From: Thalia democratica | Lineage: Eukaryota | Direction of reading: 5' to 3' | Assembly (NCBI GenBank): GCA_965202585.1 | Contig: CBDBBG010000062.1 | Span: 62,001-115,811, forward strand | DNA: 53,811 nucleotides | Shown here: positions 50,060 through 53,811 of the stretch, piece by piece | Layout of the letters: each line of letters starts with the position of its first letter | Numbering within the stretch: position 1 is the first letter of the stretch | Notes under the pieces: model-generated | The model's database searches: none | What the model was told of the DNA's origin: nothing | The model's input: only the letters and a program-made list of their open reading frames with translations | Program-made: the position numbers and the translations under genes

Positions 50060-50535
50060 CATAGCTTTTATGTTCCTGGAGAACTTCTCTGACGTCTTTT
50101 TAACATATGGTAATGTAATGTTTGTTATCATCTGTATTTCCATTTAGTTCTGACTCAAAGTTGTTTTCTTTGTATCTGGTCATCGATAAACTTGGTATTT
50201 TCGCCACTTGTTATTTTGTAGATCTTCTGAGACAAGATTTTTGATTCTGTAATACAGATTTTTAACTAATTTCTCTTCCACGACCGCAGTACACTTGAGT
50301 TATAGTTCATAAGCACACCCGCGCTTGTTGGTTTTTTATATATTGATGTTATGATCTTATTGTATTTATTGCCACCTTTGATCAAGATATGGGAGTTTAC
50401 CTTCTTGACAAGTTTGAATTACAAATTTCATATTTTTTGTGCATTTGTTAAGTATTTCACAACTGATGTATATGTTCTCTGTTTTCGAAAATGCAGAAAA
50501 TGTCGTCAACATATCTGCAATACATTTAAGGCCTT
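50060..50535 (-). mobile_element. PLE reverse transcriptase slice
   Basis: Minus frames YCRYVDDIFCIFEN, GKLPYLD and KPTSAGVLMNYNS; its 5' side is cut by the satellite. Confidence 0.85.
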
Positions 50536-50539
50536 ATAA

Positions 50540-53500
50540 TTTGGTTAAGTAATTCTTTCAACCGTTCATACGGCAATGATGATTTTACTTCTTGGCTTGT
50601 AGTTTGGTCAAGTAATTCTGTCAACCGTTCACACAGCAATGATGATTTTACTTCTTGGCTTGTAGTTTGGTTAAGTAATTCTGTCAACTGTTCACACGGC
50701 AATGATGATTTTACTTATTGGTTTGTAGTTTTGGGTTAAGTAATTCTGTCAAACTGTTCACACGGCAATGATGATTTTACTTATTGGCTTGTAGTTTGGT
50801 TAAGAAATTCTGTTAACCGTTCATACGGCAATGATGATTTTACTTCTTGGCTTGTAGTTTGGTTAAGTAATTCTGTCAACCGTTCATACGGCAATGATGA
50901 TTTTACTTCTTAGCTTGTAGTTTGGTTAAGTAATTCTGTTAACCGTTCACACGGCAATGATGATTTTACTTCTTGGCTTGTAGTTTGGTTAAGTAATTCT
51001 GTCAACTGTTCACACGGCAATGATGATTTTACTTCTTGGCTTGTAGTTTGGTTAAGTAATTCTGTCAACTGTTCACACGGCAATGATGATTTTACTTATG
51101 GCTTGTAGTTTGGTTAAGTAATTCTGTCAACTGTTCATACGGCAATGATGATTTTACTTCTTGGCTTGTAGTTTGGTTAAGTAATTCTGTTAACCGTTCA
51201 CACGGCAATGATGAATTTACTTCTTGGCTTGTAGTTTGGTTAAGTAATTCTGTTAACCGTTCACACGGCAATGATGATTTTACTTCTTAGCTTGTAGTTT
51301 GGTTAAGTAATTCTGTTAACTGTTCACACGGCAATGATGAATTTACTTATTGGTTTGTAGTTTGGTTAAGTAATTCTGTTAACTGTTCATACGGCAATGA
51401 TGATTTTACTTCTTGGCTTGTAGTTTGGTTAAGTAATTCTGTCAGCCGTTCATACGGCAATGATGATTTTACTTCTTGGCTTGTAGTTTGGTTAAGTAAT
51501 TCTGTCAACTGTTCATACGGCAATGATGATTTTACTTCTTAGCTTGTAGTTTGGTTAAGTAATTCTGTCAACTGTTCACACGGCAATGATGATTTTACTT
51601 CTTGGCTTGTAGTTTGGTTAAGTAATTCTGTCAACTGTTACACGGCAATGATGATTTTACTTCTTAGCTTGTAGTTTGGTTAAGTAATTCTGTTAACCGT
51701 TCACACGGCAATGATGAATTTACTTCTTGGCTTGTAGTTTGGTTAAGTAATTCTGTTAACCGTTCACACGGCAATGATGAATTTACTTCTTGGCTTGTAG
51801 TTTGGTTAAGTAATTCTGTCAACTGTTCACACGGCAATGATGATTTTACTTATGGCTTGTAGTTTGGTTAAGTAATTCTGTCAACCGTTCATACGGCAAT
51901 GATGATTTTACTTCTTGGCTTGTAGTTTGGTTAAGTAATTCTGTCAACCGTTCACACGGCAATGATGATTTTACTTCTTGGCTTGTAGTTTGGTTAAGTA
52001 ATTCTGTCAACTGTTCATACGGCAATGATGATTTTACTTCTTGGCTTGTAGTTTGGTTAAGTAATTCTGTTAACCGTTCATACGGCAATGATGAATTTAC
52101 TTATTGGCTTGTAGTTTGGTTAAGTAATTCTGTTAACCGTTCACACGGCAATGATGAATTTACTTCTTAGCTTGTAGTTTGGTTAAGTAATTCTGTTAAC
52201 TGTTCACACGGCAATGATGAATTTACTTATTGGTTTGTAGTTTTGGTTAAGTAATTCTGTCAACCGTTCATACGGCAATGATGATTTTACTTCTTAGCTT
52301 GTAGTTTGGTTAAGTAATTCTGTTAACTGTTCACACGGCAATGATGATTTTACTTCTTGGCTTGTAGTTTGGTTAAGTAATTCTGTCAACCGTTCACACG
52401 GCAATGATGATTTTACTTCTTGCTTGTAGTTTGGTTAAGTAATTCTGTTAACCGTTCACACGGCAATGATGATTTTACTTCTTGGCTTGTAGTTTGGTTA
52501 AGTAATTCTGTTAACCGTTCACACGGCAATGATGATTTTACTTCTTGGCTTGTAGTTTGGTTAAGTAATTCTGTTAACCGTTCACACGGCAATGATGATT
52601 TTACTTCTTAGCTTGTAGTTTGGTTAAGTAATTCTGTTAACTGTTCACACGGCAATGATGATTTTACTTCTTAGCTTGTAGTTTGGTTAAGTAATTTTTT
52701 AACTGTTCACACGGCAATGATGAATTTACTTATTGGTTTGTAGTTTGGTTAAGTAATTCTGTCAACCGTTCATACGGCAATGATGAATTTACTTCTTAGC
52801 TTGTAGTTTGGTTAAGTAATTCTGTTAACTGTTCACACGGCAATGAGGAATTTACTTCTTGGCTTGTAGTTTGGTTAAGTAATTCTGTCAACCGTTCATA
52901 CGGCAATAATGATTTTACTTCTTGGCTTGTAGTTTGGTTAAGTAATTCTGTCAACCGTTCACACGGCAATGATGATTTTACTTCTTGGCTTGTAGTTTGG
53001 TTAAGTAATTCTGTCAACTGTTCAAACGGCAATAATGAATTTACTTATTGGTTTGTAGTTTGGTTAAGTAATTCTGTTAACCGTTCACACGGCAATGATG
53101 AATTTACTTCTTGGCTTGTAGTTTGGTTAAGTAATTCTGTCAACTGTTCACACGGCAATGATGATTTTACTTATTGGCTTGTAGTTTGGTTAAGTAATTC
53201 TGTCAACTGTTCATACGGCAATGATGATTTACTTCTTAGCTTGTAGTTTGGTTAAGTAATTCTGTCAACTGTTCACACGGCAATGATGATTTTACTTCTT
53301 GGCTTGTAGTTTGGTTAAGTAATTCTGTCAACTGTTCACACGGCAATAATGATTTTACTTCTTAGCTTGTAGTTTGGTTAAGTAATTCTGTCAACTGTTC
53401 ACACGGCAATGATGAATTTACTTATTGGTTTGTAGTTTGGTTAAGTAATTCTGTCAACTGTTCACACGGCAATGATGATTTTACTTCTTGGCTTGTAGTT

Positions 53501-53811
53501 TGGTTAAGTAATTCTGTCAACTGTTCACACGGCAATAATGATTTTACTTCTTAGCTTGTAGTTTGGTTAAGTAATTCTGTTAACTGTTCACACGGCAATG
53601 ATGAATTTACTTATTGGTTTGTAGTTTGGTTAAGTAATTCTGTTAACTGTTCACACGGCAATGATGAATTTACTTCTTGGCTTGTAGTTTGGTTAAGTAA
53701 TTCTGTCAACTGTTACACGGCAATGATGATTTTACTTCTTAGCTTGTAGTTGGTTAAGTAATTCTGTTAACCGTTCACACGGCAATGATGAATTTACTTC
53801 TTGCTTGTAGT
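50540..53811. repeat. 63-bp satellite/minisatellite, about 52 units, running off the window end
   Basis: Unit ggttaagtaattctgt(c/t)aac(c/t)gttca(c/t)acggcaatgatga(t/a)tttactt(c/a)tt(g/a)g(c/t)ttgtagttt; 3272 bp / 63 is about 52; no spacers. Confidence 0.98.

Noticed and set aside
51846-53032. Repeat-protein CDS from the ORF track
   Set aside because: The frames are interrupted by recurrent TAA variants and single-base indels; openness follows from the 63-bp period.
50540-53811. CRISPR array
   Set aside because: Units are contiguous near-identical 63-mers with no unique spacers, the context is eukaryotic, and there are no cas genes.
50540-53811. Hammerhead ribozyme / retrozyme array (suggested by the adjacent Penelope slice)
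   Set aside because: No CUGANGA plus GAAA core with flanking stems on either strand of the unit.
1-53811. Intact endogenous virus, Maverick/Polinton or bacterial contaminant
   Set aside because: No long ORFs, no capsid, polymerase or ATPase motifs and no operon structure; spliceosomal signals and animal TEs throughout.

Overview
Very AT-rich eukaryotic (metazoan) genomic DNA. The repeat spectrum (CR1/L2 LINEs, Penelope-like elements, hAT, MULE, Tc1/mariner-pogo, Kolobok-like, Gypsy) fits a cnidarian such as Hydra, but that is inference. I see no intact conserved protein-coding gene, no rRNA or tRNA, and no CRISPR array. The window has four parts. (1) About 4.8-25 kb and (2) about 41-50.5 kb are dense patchworks of short, decayed internal coding slices from many unrelated transposon families, plus relics of host-type domains (a p300/CBP KAT11 acetyltransferase and a calpain-like protease). 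Every slice I could assign to a family (about 20) reads on the minus strand, the architecture expected of a uni-strand, flamenco-like piRNA cluster. (3) About 25-41 kb is a spacer with MITEs that keep TIRs and TSDs, a plus-strand stand-alone Ariadne-domain ORF with one internal stop, and two plus-strand exon-like segments. (4) From about 50.54 kb to the window end is a 63-bp satellite. All translations and alignments were done by eye, so the edges of decayed relics are approximate.
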